A stretch of DNA of 64,000 bases. Source: Octopus vulgaris (taxonomy: Eukaryota). Location of the stretch: positions 74,338,001 to 74,402,000 of the forward strand of contig OX597816.1 of assembly GCA_951406725.2 (NCBI GenBank), in the 5' to 3' direction. Shown piece by piece: positions 12,101 to 25,670 of this stretch (the stretch's first letter is position 1; every line of letters starts with the position of its first letter). Below the pieces are notes generated by a model. The model was not told where the DNA came from and did not search any database. It worked only from the letters and a program-made list of their open reading frames with translations. The position numbers and the translations under genes were made by a program.

Positions 12101-12847
12101 TGACATGGAGCTGATGGGTCCAAGGACTGTATTGTATTCTACTCTGTCTGCTTTGGTATTGTTTCTATGACTGGGTGCCAACCACTTTACAGGATGTCCT
12201 GAGTGTTTTTTTTTTTCTTTTTTGTGCCAGCCAGTGAGTGAGATTACATGCAGCTTACATGACTAGAAACACAGGGGAAGGATGGAGGAACAGGCTTTAT
12301 ACTAAGAGAAGGAGGATGAGCTAAAATAGGAGAGAAGGGTGCAGAACAGGTTTCTTGCTGTAGAGATGCGGCATGCTTAGTACACGTTACTCCATAAGGA
12401 GCATAGGGCCAGTTTCTTGCTTCCTCTAGAGCAGTGCTACTTGAAGTGAAATAATGGTGATGAGGTGTCTGGATGGAACCTCATACAAGGGGAGAAGAAA
12501 TGAGTGGGGACAGAGGAACTGGAGAATGTAGTTGGTGGAGGTTGCAGGAATATGTCAGGAGTGAAATTTTAAAAATTATTTTAGTTATTACTTATGACAT
12601 TTTTAATTCAAGGTGACATTGTCACTTTCCTCTACTCTTTTACTTGTTTCAGTCATTTAACTGTGGCCATGCTGGAGCACTGCCGTTAGTCGAACAAATC
12701 AACCCCAAGAGTTATTCTTTGTAAACCTAATACTTATCCTATCATTCTCAATTGCCGAACTGCTAAGTTATGGGGATGTAAGCATGCCAACATTTGTGTC
12801 AAGCGATAGTGAGGGCACAAACACAGACATACAAATACACACACACA

Positions 12848-12915
<68 letters not shown>

Positions 12916-13046
12916 CAAAGAAAGAAGGAAGGAATTAATTCTGTATACAGAACAACCATGTAGTGCTTAGAATATGACCTATATGAATAATATAGGCATC
13001 GACAGAAGACACAAAATTCAGGTTATTGATAAAGGAAAATTGTTTA

Positions 13047-13099
<53 letters not shown>

Positions 13100-13566
13100 A
13101 GCTTCTTTCAGTTTCTGTCTACCAAATCCACTGACAAGGCTTTGGTCAGCCCAAGGCTATAGTAGAAGAGACTTTTAACCAAGGTGCCCCATAGTGGGAT
13201 AGAACCTGGAACCATGTGGTTGATAAGCAAGCTTCTTACCACACAGTCACTCCTGCGCCTCTGTAACTATTTCCCCCAGTGAATGAGTTAGGACCAACTC
13301 AGGGCTATACAGCAACAACAAAAGGAAGTGTACATAAGAAAAGGTAGTCCTAGATACACAATGTCTGAATAAAACACCTTTGATCACAGATGTGTTGGAT
13401 CAGGGCTCAGCAACACTTAAACAATGATGGCAACAGCTGACACACTAACACAGTGGCTCCCTATTCTTATTTTATCAATATCAAAAGTTCAATGAGGTAG
13501 AGTTTCAGAAAGAATATCCCACACTCTGTAATATTGTTTATTTATTTATGATTTTGATGATTATAA

Positions 13567-13621
<55 letters not shown>

Positions 13622-13974
13622 TCGGTGATGAGCTGGCATGTTAGACAAAATGCTTAGTAGCATATCTTCCAGCATTTTACATTCATCATCATCATCATCA
13701 TTCAGCGTCTGTTGCCCATGCTGGTATCGGTTGGACGGTTTGACTGGGCTGCTATGCTAGGAGGCTGCATCAGACTCCAGTCTGTTTCGGTATGGTTTCT
13801 ATGGCTGGATGCTCTTCTTAACACCAACCACTCCGATAGTGTAATGGGTGCTTTTATGTGCCACCGGCATGGGTCCCATTTGCATGACATCGGTATCAGC
13901 CATGGCTGCGATTTTGCTCACCATGATGAGTCTTCTTCCCAAGCACAGTATAATGCCAAAGGTCATAGTCATTG

Positions 13975-14176
13975 CCTCCATGAGGCCCAACACTTGAAAG
14001 GAACTCAGCCACTTTGCCTCCGTGAGGCCCAACACTCGAAAGGAACTCAGTCACTTTACCTCTATGAGGCCCAACGCTCAAAAAGGAATTCAGCCACTTT
14101 GCCTCCATGAGGCCCAACACTCGAAAGGAACTCAGTCACCTCATCTCCATGAGGCCCAACACTCGAAAGGAACTCA
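13975..14176. repeat. About 5 x 40-bp tandem array inside a SINE
   Basis: Unit ctccatgaggcccaacactcgaaaggaactcagccactttgc. Confidence 0.9.
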
Positions 14177-16449
14177 AGTTCAAATTCTATTCAGGTCAAT
14201 TTTACCTTTTGAAGTAAATAAAGTAAGTACCAGTTGTACATTGGGTTCAATGGGATCAATTTGTTTCCTCTGAACTCAGAACATAAAAACAGAGGAAATG
14301 CATCTAAGCATTATATCCATCATGCTAACAATTCTGCCAGCTTGCAACCTTAAGAATAATTATAATAATGTTTTCCATAGTTGTGGCTGATGCCACTGCT
14401 GCCTGACTGGGACATAAAAAGCACCATTCGAGTATGGCTGATGCAAGTGCTGGTGGCATGTAAAAAGCACCATTTGAGTGTGGTTGATGCCAATGCCACC
14501 TAACTGGCTCTCATGCCAGTGGTACATAAAAAGCCCCATTCGAGCATGGTCAATGCCATGCTGGTGGAACCATTTGAGCATGACCAATGCCAGTGCCACC
14601 TGACTGGCCTCCATGTCGGTGGCATGCAAAAAGCAACCACTACACTCTCAGAGTGGTTGGCATTAAGAAGGGCATCTAGCTGTAGAAACATTGCCAAATC
14701 AGATTGGAGTCTGGTGCAGCCTCCCAACTTACCAGTTCTCAGTCAAATTGTCCAACCCATGCCAGCATGGAAAGCAGACGCTAAACAACAATGATGATGA
14801 TAATGTCCATCTCTATGTTCTGAGTTCAAATTCAACTAAGGTCAACTTGACCTTTCATCCTTTCAAAGTCTCTAAAGTAAGTACCAATGGAACAACGGGG
14901 TCAATCTAATTGACTATTTCCCTCCATTAAAATTGTTGGCCTTGTGCCAAAATCTGAAACCAATATTAAGGGGCTGAGCTGGCAGAATCATTACCACACC
15001 AGACAAAATGCTTAACAGCATTTCTTTTGGCTCTTAATGTTCTGAGTTCAAATTGCACCAAGGTCGACTTTACTTTTCATCCTTTCAGGATTGATAAAAT
15101 AAGTACCAGTTGAGCACTGGAGTTGAGGTAATTGACTGCCCATAAAAATTTAGGCCTTGTGCCTATAGTATAAAGGATTATTGATGATGATGTTGTTGTT
15201 GTTGCTATCGATAATAATTCTTTCAAATTTTGGCACATTATCATCATCATTTAATGTCTGCTTTCCATGCTGGCATAGGTTGGACAGTTTGGCTGAGGAC
15301 TGGCAAGCCAGGAGTCTGCATCAGGCTCCAATCTGATCTAGCAATGTTTCTACAACTGGATGCCCTTCCTAACACCAACCACACTGAGAGTGTAGTGGGT
15401 GCTTTTTATGTGCCACCAGTACGGGGGCCAGTCAGGCAGCACTGGCATCGACCATGCTTGAATGGTCCTTTTTTATGTGCCACCGGCACAGAGGCCAATC
15501 AGGTGGCACTGGTATTGACCACACTCGAATGGTGCTTTTCATATGGCACTGGCACAGGTCCAATCAGGCAACATTGGCATTGACCACGACTACAGTTTTA
15601 CTGGCCTCAACAGGTCTTCTCAAGCACAGCATACTACCTGACGATTGAAGAATACTTTTATGCAACACTGGCATTGGCCATGGCTCTGACCTCAGTTGAC
15701 TTGCTGGGACTTCTCAATCACAGCATATCTCCAAAGGTCTCAGTCACAGATTATTATTATTGTTGTTGTTGTTGATAATAATTCTAATTTTGGCACATGA
15801 CTAACAATTCTGAGGGGAGGGGTCAAGTAGATTACATCAACCCGAATACTCAACTGGTACTTGTTATTGTTATTATTATTATCATTTTGTTGATGTTGTT
15901 GTAATGGATTGCGGAATTATTAGAATGCTGGAAAACAAAAACAGTTTGCAATATTTGTTCCAGCTTTTTTATGTTCTGAGTTCAAATGCCACTGAGATCA
16001 ACTTTTCACGGCCAACAAAATAAAGTACCAGTCAAGTACTGGGGTTGATGGTATCAACTAATATACCTCTCCTTAAAAATTGTAGGCCTTGTGCATCATC
16101 ATCATCATCATCATCATTATTTCAAAAACCACTTTTTCCATGTTTGCATGGTTCAGACAGAGTTTGTGGAGATGGATTTTTGTGGATGACTGGAAACAAA
16201 TGACACCACTTGCATGATGGTGACATTAGTTTACAACTGCCATTCAATCTCAAGGCAAAGAGAAACACACACAAGAAGCTTCTTTCAGTTTCTGTCAGCC
16301 AAATCCATTCATAAGACTTTTGTTAGCCTGGAACATTAGTAGAAGACACTTGCCCAAGTGTCACACAGTGGGACTGAACTCAAAACCATATGCTTGAGAA
16401 GAAAACTTCTTACCATGAAGCCATGCCCACACCTAAATCAGAAACCATT

Positions 16450-16783
16450 ATTAGCTCTGCCTTAGCAAAGACAGAAGGTATTGTTTTCAGTCATGTTTGT
16501 TTGTTTGACCGTGGACAAGATATCTCAAGAACCACTGGATGGATTCGGATGAAACTTTCAGGGATGTTTGGCCTCATGTCTGGCACAAACTGATTAGATG
16601 TTGGGATCGATCCAGTACCAGACAAGGATTCTGGATTATTTGCTATATTTCCTTTGTTATATTTACGTTTGTGAGAGCAATCGAGTTTATTTCAGATATT
16701 CTCATTTTAAAAACCATTTCTAGCTAATTGTTGAGAGAACGTTGGTGTCGCTTTGGCAGAGGTTTGCATTCTCTAAGTGCTCA
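16450..16783 (+). mobile_element. Helentron/HINE (DINE-1-like) non-autonomous element
   Basis: Subterminal inverted repeats ctctgcc...ggcagag, a tgtttgtttgt tract, a ggatgaaactt core and a 3' hairpin gcattctctaagtgc. A second copy is at about 40700-41045. Confidence 0.6.
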
Positions 16784-17294
16784 TTATTATCATTATTATT
16801 ATTATTATTAAAGCAGCAAACATTCTGAGTTCAAATTCTGCCAACGTCGACTTTACCTTTCATCCTTTCGGGGTCAATATATTAAGTGCGAGTCAAGCAC
16901 TGGGATCGATGTGATCAAGAGTACCCCTCCCAACAAAAATCCAGGCCTTGTGCCTATAGTAGAAAAGATTACTAAAGCGGCAAAATGCTAGGCATCATTT
17001 TGTCTGGCTATATGTTCTGAGTTCAAATTCCACTGAGGTTGACTTTGCTTTTCATTCTTTCAGGGTCAATGATATGAGTCCCAGTTAAGTATTGGACTCA
17101 TGATACAATGATTAGCATGCAGGGCAAAATGCTTAATGGCATTCCATCTGTCCTTACACTCTGTGTTCATATTCCACTGAGGTTGACCTTACCTCCTTTC
17201 AGGATTGATAAAATAAGTACCGGTTGAGCACTGGGGTCAACTTACCCACTCCCTCGAAATTGCTGGCCTTGTGCCAAAATCTGAAACTATTATT

Positions 17295-17348
<54 letters not shown>

Positions 17349-17350
<2 letters not shown>

Positions 17351-17570
17351 AGGTGGCGAGCTGGCAGAATCATTAGCATGCTGGACAAAATACTTAACAG
17401 TAATTCGTCTGCTGCTATGTTCTGAGTTCAAATTCTGCCGAGGTCGACTTTGCCTTTCATCCTTTCAGGGTTGATAACTTAAGTACCAGTAAAACACTGG
17501 GGTCAATGTAATCAACTAGTCCCCTCCCCAACAATTTCAGACCTTGTGTCTATAGTAGGAAGGATTATTA
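17349..17570 (+). mobile_element. SINE family B (tRNA-like head, Nin/Deu-domain-like core), representative copy. Others at 2045-2255, 20448-20652, 27190-27400, 33695-33910 and many more
   Basis: Recurrent gagctggcagaatc...gttctgagttcaaattc...gaggtcgactttgcctttcatcctttcggggtcgataaa.agtacc. The domain name is from recall. Confidence 0.8.
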
Positions 17571-20128
17571 TTATTCAGATTTTGATTTCAAACATCAGAG
17601 ATTATAATTCTTCAAAAAGCAATTTCCAAAATTTCTGGGCCTTCTTCCATCCCTTGCCACTCCATTCTTTTGGTGTATGCAACCCAACATAAGTTTCTTC
17701 ATTTAAAAAAAAAAAAATTTTCTCAAAAACTTTTCTCTGAATTATATGTTCTATACACAGGAGATTATCATTCTGGAAAAAAAAGTTCTCAAATTCAATT
17801 TTTTAATCACACCCCTTCTCCAACCAGCTATAAATTTTTCATTTTTTTTGACATTTTTCAACAAAATAAATTCTCTAAATTATATGCTTTGGACATAGAA
17901 GATTATGATTTTATAAAGCAGTTATGGAGGTCATTGCTTATTTTCCAAACCCTACTGGTTCAAGATTAGCTTCACCTGGTTTCTAGGCCTGCTGGAAAAA
18001 GCAGTCAAATTTCCATCAAAAATATTCTACCAATTAGAAGAGAAGAACAACTTGGACAGTGTAGTCCTATGTAGACCTTAACAATAAAACAGAATGGTCA
18101 CTGTTGGAGTGTCTTTCTAAAGCTGCTCAATCATGGCTGACTTGGAACTGAAGACCAGCTAATACTTTATTTTTATCAGCTCATTTCTATAGTTTTATAT
18201 TAGGTTTGTTTAGCTGTGAAAAAGCACATAATTTACAAAATAGTCAGAAAATGTGGAATGAAATTAAGTAGCAAAATAAAAGCAATGGTTTATCATTTGT
18301 GAAAATAAAAAAATATATTTAAGATTTATCGGTAAAATCCCCCCCCAAAAAAAAGTAACTAAGGCAAGTACAGAAGCTTGTCATGACATGATACTTCCTA
18401 GAAGATATGGTAGCATATCTACAGTTTGGGGCTGCACAAAATTGCTTCCTTACAATCTTCTAAAACTTTTATAAATGTATATCAGCTAAGCAAATGGTAT
18501 TCCCTAAATGCATTAAAAGCATTATAATATAATCTGTTCCCTACTTCGGGAAATTATTGCCATTCTCTTTAAGCATATAAAAGACAAATTTTGGTTGGAG
18601 CAAAATGAGTAAGGCAAGATAATGTAAATTTCCTGCTTCAGTACTCCAGAAAACAGACTCATACACATCAGAATCCATCACTAGACATCAGAAAGATTAG
18701 AAATGCAAAAAAAAAAATATATATATATATATATCTAGGTCAAATGAAAGAGGCTCAGGGGAAAATGGCACATATGAAATTAATGAAACTCGACTAAATA
18801 AAACAAAACTCTGCATAAAATATTCTACACAGCTTCTTCAAGATCTGCTGGAGTGTCCTCTTCGCGATATATTTACATACCACGCAGTTAAAAAGAAAAA
18901 AATATTGATATTAGTCATTACTCATTTTGCCCCAATTTAGGCATCATTTTTTGAAACTTAAAAATGATCGAATTAGACACTAGTGTAGGAAAAAATTTAC
19001 TTAGAATCCAACAGAGAAAAGAAAATTGATTGTTAAAGACCAAAAATTATCCAGATATTTTATTAGCAACCTCAATTATGATCGGGTCGAAGTTGAGGAA
19101 AATTTTCTTGAAAAAACAGGACCTTCCACTTGACTATATTTTGGACTCACTCAACTTCAGCAACAACAATTATGCTGACCAATTTTTACTCCTAAATATA
19201 ATGTAGTCATACAAAAATGATGATACAATATAATGATTTCAAACAGGTAGGTGAAAATAACAAGAAATCAGAAGTTACTCATTTTGCCCCGGTTAGAAAT
19301 TTTCCCCCCACCCCCATCCCATTTTTTTCCGACACTCCAACGGTTCTGCGATCTATCATGGTAACAATAACAATAATTCTTTCTAATTCCCTTCACTTGG
19401 AGTTTTATATATATATGTATCTTAGTTTTATACATTTAAAACATCAGCATTATTTAATCTCCCCTCGATAAAACAGTATTTTTACAACATGTCATTTAAA
19501 AATATGCATCTTAAATAGACTTATGAGGAGGAGAAAGATCCAAAAATCACTAATAAAACTTTTCAATTTGATCATCATTGTAATCTCCATCCTTGAAAAT
19601 ATGTATCCGAAAACTTTTATTTAAAAAAAAGGTATTTTTCAGAAATTTATGTGGAAATAAATTTGGGGAGCACCAAACTGTAGTTAAACCGGACATATGA
19701 CACTGTAAAGGCGACAACATTAAATAAGAAAAATGACCAAGAAGAAAGTCGTCTGTTGATGGCAGAAGACATGTCCAGACTTGTCTTAGAGTAGAATTCC
19801 AGGAAAATCACGGCTAACAAATAACTATCGATTCATTGGGAAACATATATATTTCGTATTTCTTTTATCATCAGTCAATATAAACGGACGAGTGTTTCAA
19901 TTTTGTTTCTATCTAAACAAGAATAAATGACATTTCACTGATGCAGACGTAAACAAAGTTTGTCAAAGCGATTCAGCGAAGAATTGGATCGTTCGTGAAA
20001 ATAACAAAAATTCATGTATAAAATGAATACAAAAATGATTGAAAAGGAAATTTATTTCATTAATAAAAATCGAGTGATCATAAAAATTATTATATTTAAT
20101 ATCTTCATATATAAATACAGAGACTTAC

Positions 20129-20192
20129 CTAAGTTATTATGTAGTAAATTAACTCTGGTTCGAATAATATCTTCTGTCAATACAAGCGCCAT
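20129..20192 (-). CDS. CEP72: CEP72/LRRC36-family centrosomal LRR protein, coding exon 1 (64 nt)
   Basis: ATG GCG gives MALVLTEDIIRTRVNLLHNNL, resembling the recalled human CEP72 LVLSEEAVRAK. Strong donor TAG|GTAAGT in phase 1, matching the next exon. Lies in a CpG-retaining region. Confidence 0.85.
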
Positions 20193-20445
20193 AATTTTGT
20201 ATTGGATAATCAAGTGTAGGGAAAACAATATAAAAGGTAGAATAGTAATAAAAACGAAACGGAATAAGTTTATAACACGGGTTGATAGAAATACAGGCGG
20301 AAAGTTTATAGAATTTCTATAAACATTAGATAATCACAAACGTAATAAATACATGGAAACACGTGGACAAAGTTTGTAGAGTATACACAAATAATATATA
20401 AATATACAATTGATAGAAGTACACAGGGAAATGGTAGAATATACA
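20193..20445 (-). promoter_or_regulatory. CEP72-like 5' UTR / promoter; RFX half-site GTTTCCATG (20360-20352) next to an E-box CACGTG (20360-20365)
   Basis: Unique CpG-retaining sequence upstream of the ATG. Only short motifs support the call. Confidence 0.35.
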
Positions 20446-20700
20446 CAAATGCCGGGCGAAATGCGTAGCCGTATTTCGTCTGTCGCTACGTTCTGAGTTC
20501 AAATTCCGCCGAGGTCGACTTTGCCTTTCATCCTTTCGGGGTCGATTAAATAAGTACCAGTTACGCACTGGAGTCGATATAATCGACTTAATCCGTTTGT
20601 CTGTGCTTGCTTGTCCCCTCTGTGTTTAGCCCCTTGTGGGTAGTAAACAAATAGATATATATTCATCCACAAAAAGTAGAAAAATACAAAGTTGGTAGAA

Positions 20701-21300
20701 TCGTCGTCGTTTAACGTCCGCTTTCCATGCTGGCATGGGTTGGACGATTTGACAGAAGACTGTCAAGCCAGAGGGCTACACCAGGCTCCAATCTGATCTG
20801 GCAGAGTTTCTACAGCTGGATGCCCTTCCTAACGCCAACCACTCCGAGAGTGTAGTGGGTACTTTTTACATGTCACCAGCACGGGTGCCTGTCAGGTGGC
20901 ACTGGCAACGACCATGCTCGAATGGTACTTTTTACGGGCCATCAGCGCGAGAGACAGTTGGGCGGCACTGGCAACGACCCATGCTCGAATGGTGCTTTTT
21001 ACATTCCACCGGCAAGGGAGCCAGTCAAGCAACACTGGCAACAACCATGCTTGAATGGTGCTTTTTACGTGCCACTGGCACAGGTGCCAGTCAGGTGGTA
21101 CTGGCATTGGCAACAACAATGACTTCACTTGACAGAACAGGTCTTCGCAAGCAGAGTTTTTTGTCCAGTATTGATGGGTACTCTTAAATGGGCCTGTTAT
21201 GCTGCACTGGAATAGGCCACAGTTATGGTCTCACTTGGCTTGCCGAGTCTTCTCAGGCACAGCATATCTCCAAAGATCTCGGTCAACTGTCATCGCCTCC
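20701..21300 (-). mobile_element. SINE family A, representative copy (GAT-repeat tail, internal ~60-bp arrays). More than 20 copies, e.g. 5659-6020, 7137-7540, 8571-8805, 9610-10040, 10888-11157, 13684-14176, 14390-14802, 15240-15750, 43905-44237, 46246-46665, 54481-54865
   Basis: Recurrent tttaacgtccgctttccatgctggcatgggttggacgg...ggatgcccttcctaacgccaaccactccgagagtgtagtgggtgc in both orientations. Boundaries are approximate. Confidence 0.85.
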
Positions 21301-21304
21301 ATGA

Positions 21305-21740
21305 GGTTCAGCGTTTGAAGGTTGTGCTTCACCACCTCATCCCAGGTCTTCCTGAGTTTACCTGTTCAACAGATCCCCTCTACTGCTAGTGTGTGACACT
21401 TTTTTACACAGCTCTCCTCATTCATATGCAACACATGACCATACCAGCGCAGTCGTCTCTCTTGCACACAGCATTTTGTGCTTCTTGTGTCCAACTTTTC
21501 TCTCAGGGTGCTTACACTCTGTTGTGTATGACCACTGACATTACACATCTAGTGGAGCATACTGCCTTCATTCCTTGCAAGCTTACGCATGTCCTCAGCA
21601 GTCACGGCCCATGTTTCACTGCCATGTAGCATGGCTGTTCCCACACATGCATCATACAGTCTACCTTTTACTCTGAGCGTGAGGCCCTTTGTCACCAGCA
21701 GAGGTAGGAGCTCTCTAAACTTTGCCCAGGCTATTCTTAT
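21305..21740 (-). mobile_element. RTE-clade LINE fragment joined to a SINE-like 3' region
   Basis: Minus strand encodes MCNVSG...LREKL...RRLRWYGHVLHM...CVKKC...VEG and G.PRKTWDEVV, typical RTE C-terminal motifs. Confidence 0.8.
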
Positions 21741-23786
21741 TTCTTTACTGCCCCCAAGGAGCTACACACAGAGGGGACAAACAAGGACAGACAAACAGAT
21801 TAAGTTGATTATTTATTCAGCTAAATATTCTTCAAGGTGGTGCCATAGCCTAGCTGCAGTCTAATGACTGAAGCAAGCAAAAGATACATTCGTTAATACA
21901 TCATCGTCATCACCATCACTTTTACATTCTTTTTCTCCCTGCTTGCATTGCTTTGATGAGTCTTCTGTAACACACCATCCCACACCTTGTTGCATTTCTT
22001 CGTTGTCTCTTGTGTGAAGTTCATCTTCCCAAGATCAGTCTTCATCACTTCACCATCCCATGTCTTCCTTGTTCTTCCACATAGATTTTACTCATCCTCT
22101 TGTCATCTTCTATACACATCAAATGTCCTTGCCAACACAACCATCACTATCAGTTGTTAGTTGCCAAGATATTGCATCCTTTAAAACCTCCATGCTTCCT
22201 GAAATTCACCAACACTACACCTGATATCCCCATTCCCGCCATATGCATGCACACATGTATATCATGACACATACAGTTCACCTTCCTGACTTTTGTACAT
22301 AATTCTATGCATTGTACATGTACTTTTGACAATTGTAGTGCACCTGAGCTCTATATGCAATAATTTCATTACTATCATCATTATTGGGCCTCACAGAGGC
22401 AAAGTGGCTTGAGTTCCTCTCAAGTGTTGGGTCTCATGGAAGCAAAGTGGCTTGAGTTTCTCTCGAGCATTGGACCTCATGGAGGCAATGACCAAGGACT
22501 TTGGCATTATGTCGTGTTTAGGGCAGCGACCTGGCAGAAACGTTGGCATGCCGGATGAAATGCTTGGTGGTGATTCGTCTGTCTTTGTGTTCTGAGTTCA
22601 GATCCCACTGAGGTTGGCATTGCCTTTCATCCTTTCGGGGTCGATAAATTAGGCACCAGTTGTGTACTGAGATCAATCTAATTGACTAGCCCCTTCCCCA
22701 AAGATTTCAGGCCTTGTGCCAAGAGTAGAAAAGATTATGTCCAACTTGAGAAGACCCATCAAGCCAAGCAAAATCGCATTCATGGCAGATAGTGGTGTCA
22801 TGCAAATTGGCACCCATGCTGGTGGCACGTGGGGTGCACCCATTACACTGTCAGAGGGGTTAGCGTTAGGAAGTGCATCCAACCGTAGAAAATGATGCCA
22901 AATCAAACTGGAGTCTGCTGTAGCATACAAGCCCAGTCAAACCCATACCAGCATGGCCAACAGATGTTAAATGATGACGATGATGTATTAACAAATGTAT
23001 GTTATGCATGCTTCAGTCATTAGACTGCAGCCATGCTATGGCACCACCTTGAAGAATATTTAGCTGAATGAATTGACTCCAGGACATATTTTTTTAAGGC
23101 CTGATACTTATTCTATCAGTCTCTTCTACCAAACTGCTAAATTTCAGGGATGTAAACACACCAACATTGGTTGTCAAGCAGGATGAGGGACAAACACAGA
23201 CACAAAGATATACACACACACGCATATATATATATATATATGACAGACTTCTTTTAGTTTCAGTCAGCCAAATCCACTCTCAAGGCTTTGGTCAACTCAA
23301 GGCTATAGCAGAAGACTCTTGCCCAAGGTGCCACACAGTGGGACTGATACTGGAACCATGTGGTTGGTTGAGAAGCAAACTTCTTACCACACACCCACAC
23401 CTGTGCCTGTGTACAAGAATTTCGTTTAAAAACTTCAAAGTTATGGACTGAACAGTCCATCCATTTTCTCTAGCCACAATTTCTGAGAGGAGTCCTCAGG
23501 CCCCCTCCTCCATAGGGTCCTACCAGAAGCAACCATCATTCATTTTCTAATTGGGTTCCCAAGCATGACCAACTGAAATTATAGTTTTCCAATCACCTCA
23601 TTCTTCATTTGTCCCAAAATCTCCTGCTGCTTGCCTCGACTTCAAGAACCTATCATACGAGCCTTTCCTGCAACAGTCTAACCACATGTCTGTGGTACAA
23701 GATAATACTGTTCTATATTTAAGAGATGAGGAATTATGTACATTATTTACATTCAACGGATATTTGTCCTCATCTTGTTTGTTGTT

Positions 23787-23832
23787 AACATAACGTTTCA
23801 GCTGATATATTCTCCAGCCTTCATCAGATGGT
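23787..23832 (-). ncRNA. Minimal hammerhead ribozyme motif
   Basis: ACCAU-CUGAUGA-A-GGCUG...CAGCU-GAAACGUU-AUGUU. Confidence 0.65.
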
Positions 23833-24284
23833 TTGGGGAAATTTCGAACCTGGGTTCTCATTCCTAAGGTATTTTTTGATGTTGTTGTTGTTATTATTAT
23901 TATTGAGTGAAAGAACAGTACATGCTATCAAAGTGACACTGGGGTAAAGTATACAAAGCCCAATATACCCATCATGACTACCCGTCTGATAAGGGTACAC
24001 TAGCCACATGCCTCACAACCATATGTGTGCGACATTGTGATCTTATATCAAGATAAACAGCACATGACCTTGCAGAATTTTCTTCTGGTCGAGTAACCAT
24101 TCCCACTCAAAAGGTCCCTGAATAAGGGTTGTTTAAGGATGTTGAACGAAACACCCATGTTTTCAGAGGTGAATTATTCAAACCCCAAAGAATGCCTTTC
24201 AGGTCACTGCCTGGAATCGAACTCGGAATGTTGAGGTTAGTAGCCTGTGCTCTTAACCACTACGCAGGTTCAAAATTTTCCCAA

Positions 24285-24330
24285 GTCACCTGATGAAGGC
24301 TGGAGGGTATATCAGCCGAAACATTGTGTT
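24285..24330 (+). ncRNA. Minimal hammerhead ribozyme motif (stem III palindrome mutated)
   Basis: GUCAC-CUGAUGA-A-GGCUG...CAGCC-GAAACAUU-GUGUU. Confidence 0.55.
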
Positions 24331-24584
24331 AACAACAAACAAGATGAGGACAAATATCCGTCAAATGTAAACAATGTGTAATACAGGAGTTGGAAAATAC
24401 AAACAGACAAAAACAAAAGTGGTTGTGTGGTAAGAAGCTCCCAACTACATGGTTCCAGGTTCAGTCCCACTGCGTGGCACCTAGGGCAAGTGTCTTCCAC
24501 TATAGACTCGTACCTACCAAAGCCTTGTGAATGGATTTGGTAGATGGAAACTGAAAGAATCCCATCGTATATATATATATATAT

Positions 24585-24990
24585 TTTGTTTAATCCTGCC
24601 TATAATTTGATAGATTGAATGAATGTGGTTAAGCTTTCACTTTTATATTATACTATGGAAGACGGTAGGGAATATAATTTTTATATGACTTAATGAATTG
24701 GTTGTTGTTTAGTTATGTATTTAGGAGTTGGTTGTAATTTACTTATTGAATTTATTTACCAATACGGTTGTAAATAGGGTAAATGTGTGTGAAAGTTGTG
24801 GTTTCTTTGGTATGTTTGTTCCCAAACAATACTTATTTTAGTGCTGTTGACATCACCAGATTGAATGGTACTGCCCAGGTGTCGAAACCATAATGATATC
24901 CGTCGGGCAGCTGATGATGGAGGTATGTTGGATTGTTGGTATGGCTATTTTTGTATATGTGGAACAGCATTATAACACATCCTTTTGATA
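24585..24990 (-). mobile_element. Possible highly degenerate Penelope-like fragment
   Basis: Minus-strand translation NIPPSSAARRISL resembles the PLE thumb motif (NIPFNLSRRI in the 63 kb element). Flanked by TA/CA microsatellites. Confidence 0.3.
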
Positions 24991-25670
24991 CACACACACA
25001 CATATGTATGTATGTATTTGTGTCTGTGTTTGTCCCCCACCATCACTTGACAACCGATGTTGGTGTGTTTACATTCCAGTAACTTAGCAGTTCGGCAACA
25101 GAGACCGATAGAATAAGTACTAAGCTTAGAAATTGCTCCAGCATGGCCACATTCAAACGAGTGAAACAAATAAAAGAATAAATAAAATAAAAACCAGCAA
25201 AATTGGAATTTGTTTTTCTTCAGGAAAATATTTTATTTAAAAAAACCCAGAATATTTCAGGTACAACACAACTAACCTTTGTTCACTGATACAAAGTGAG
25301 AAATGCACATTAAAAAGCAAAATTTTAATCAAAAAGAATTTAAATTGAATTTTTTAAAAACTGATATAAAGTAAGTAATTAATAACATTTCCATTTTCTC
25401 GTGTTTCTTGACTTTGTTTGTCACAGGAACATCTTAATTTAACCAATTTTATAACCTTGCACTAACTCAAAACATATCTAATGTTTGCATAGTCAGTATT
25501 TCAAATACAGCAGAGTCAGTTATAAATATATTCCAGGATTAAACAGACTGGTTTTGTTCATTTTTGACTATGAAAACAAGTAAATCTGATATTTTAACAC
25601 TCGTGTCACATGCAGCCGTTAAGAACTCGTTATTTTAATAAATGAAGTACACAAGAGTCCTTGAACTTAA

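Larger units (their letters stand above)
23704..24380. mobile_element. Second copy of the palindromic tRNA-head/hammerhead element, interrupted by another repeat at about 23901-24198
   Basis: Same tail and hammerhead sequence as 371-986 in both orientations. tRNA-like head remnant at 24199-24265 on the minus strand. Confidence 0.8.

Noticed and set aside
13975-14176. CRISPR-like array
   Set aside because: The units are contiguous with no unique spacers, there are no cas genes, and the context is a eukaryotic SINE.
19352-19365. RFX X-box in CEP72 intron 1 (GTTACCATGATAGA)
   Set aside because: Only one half-site matches well, which is expected by chance at this scale.
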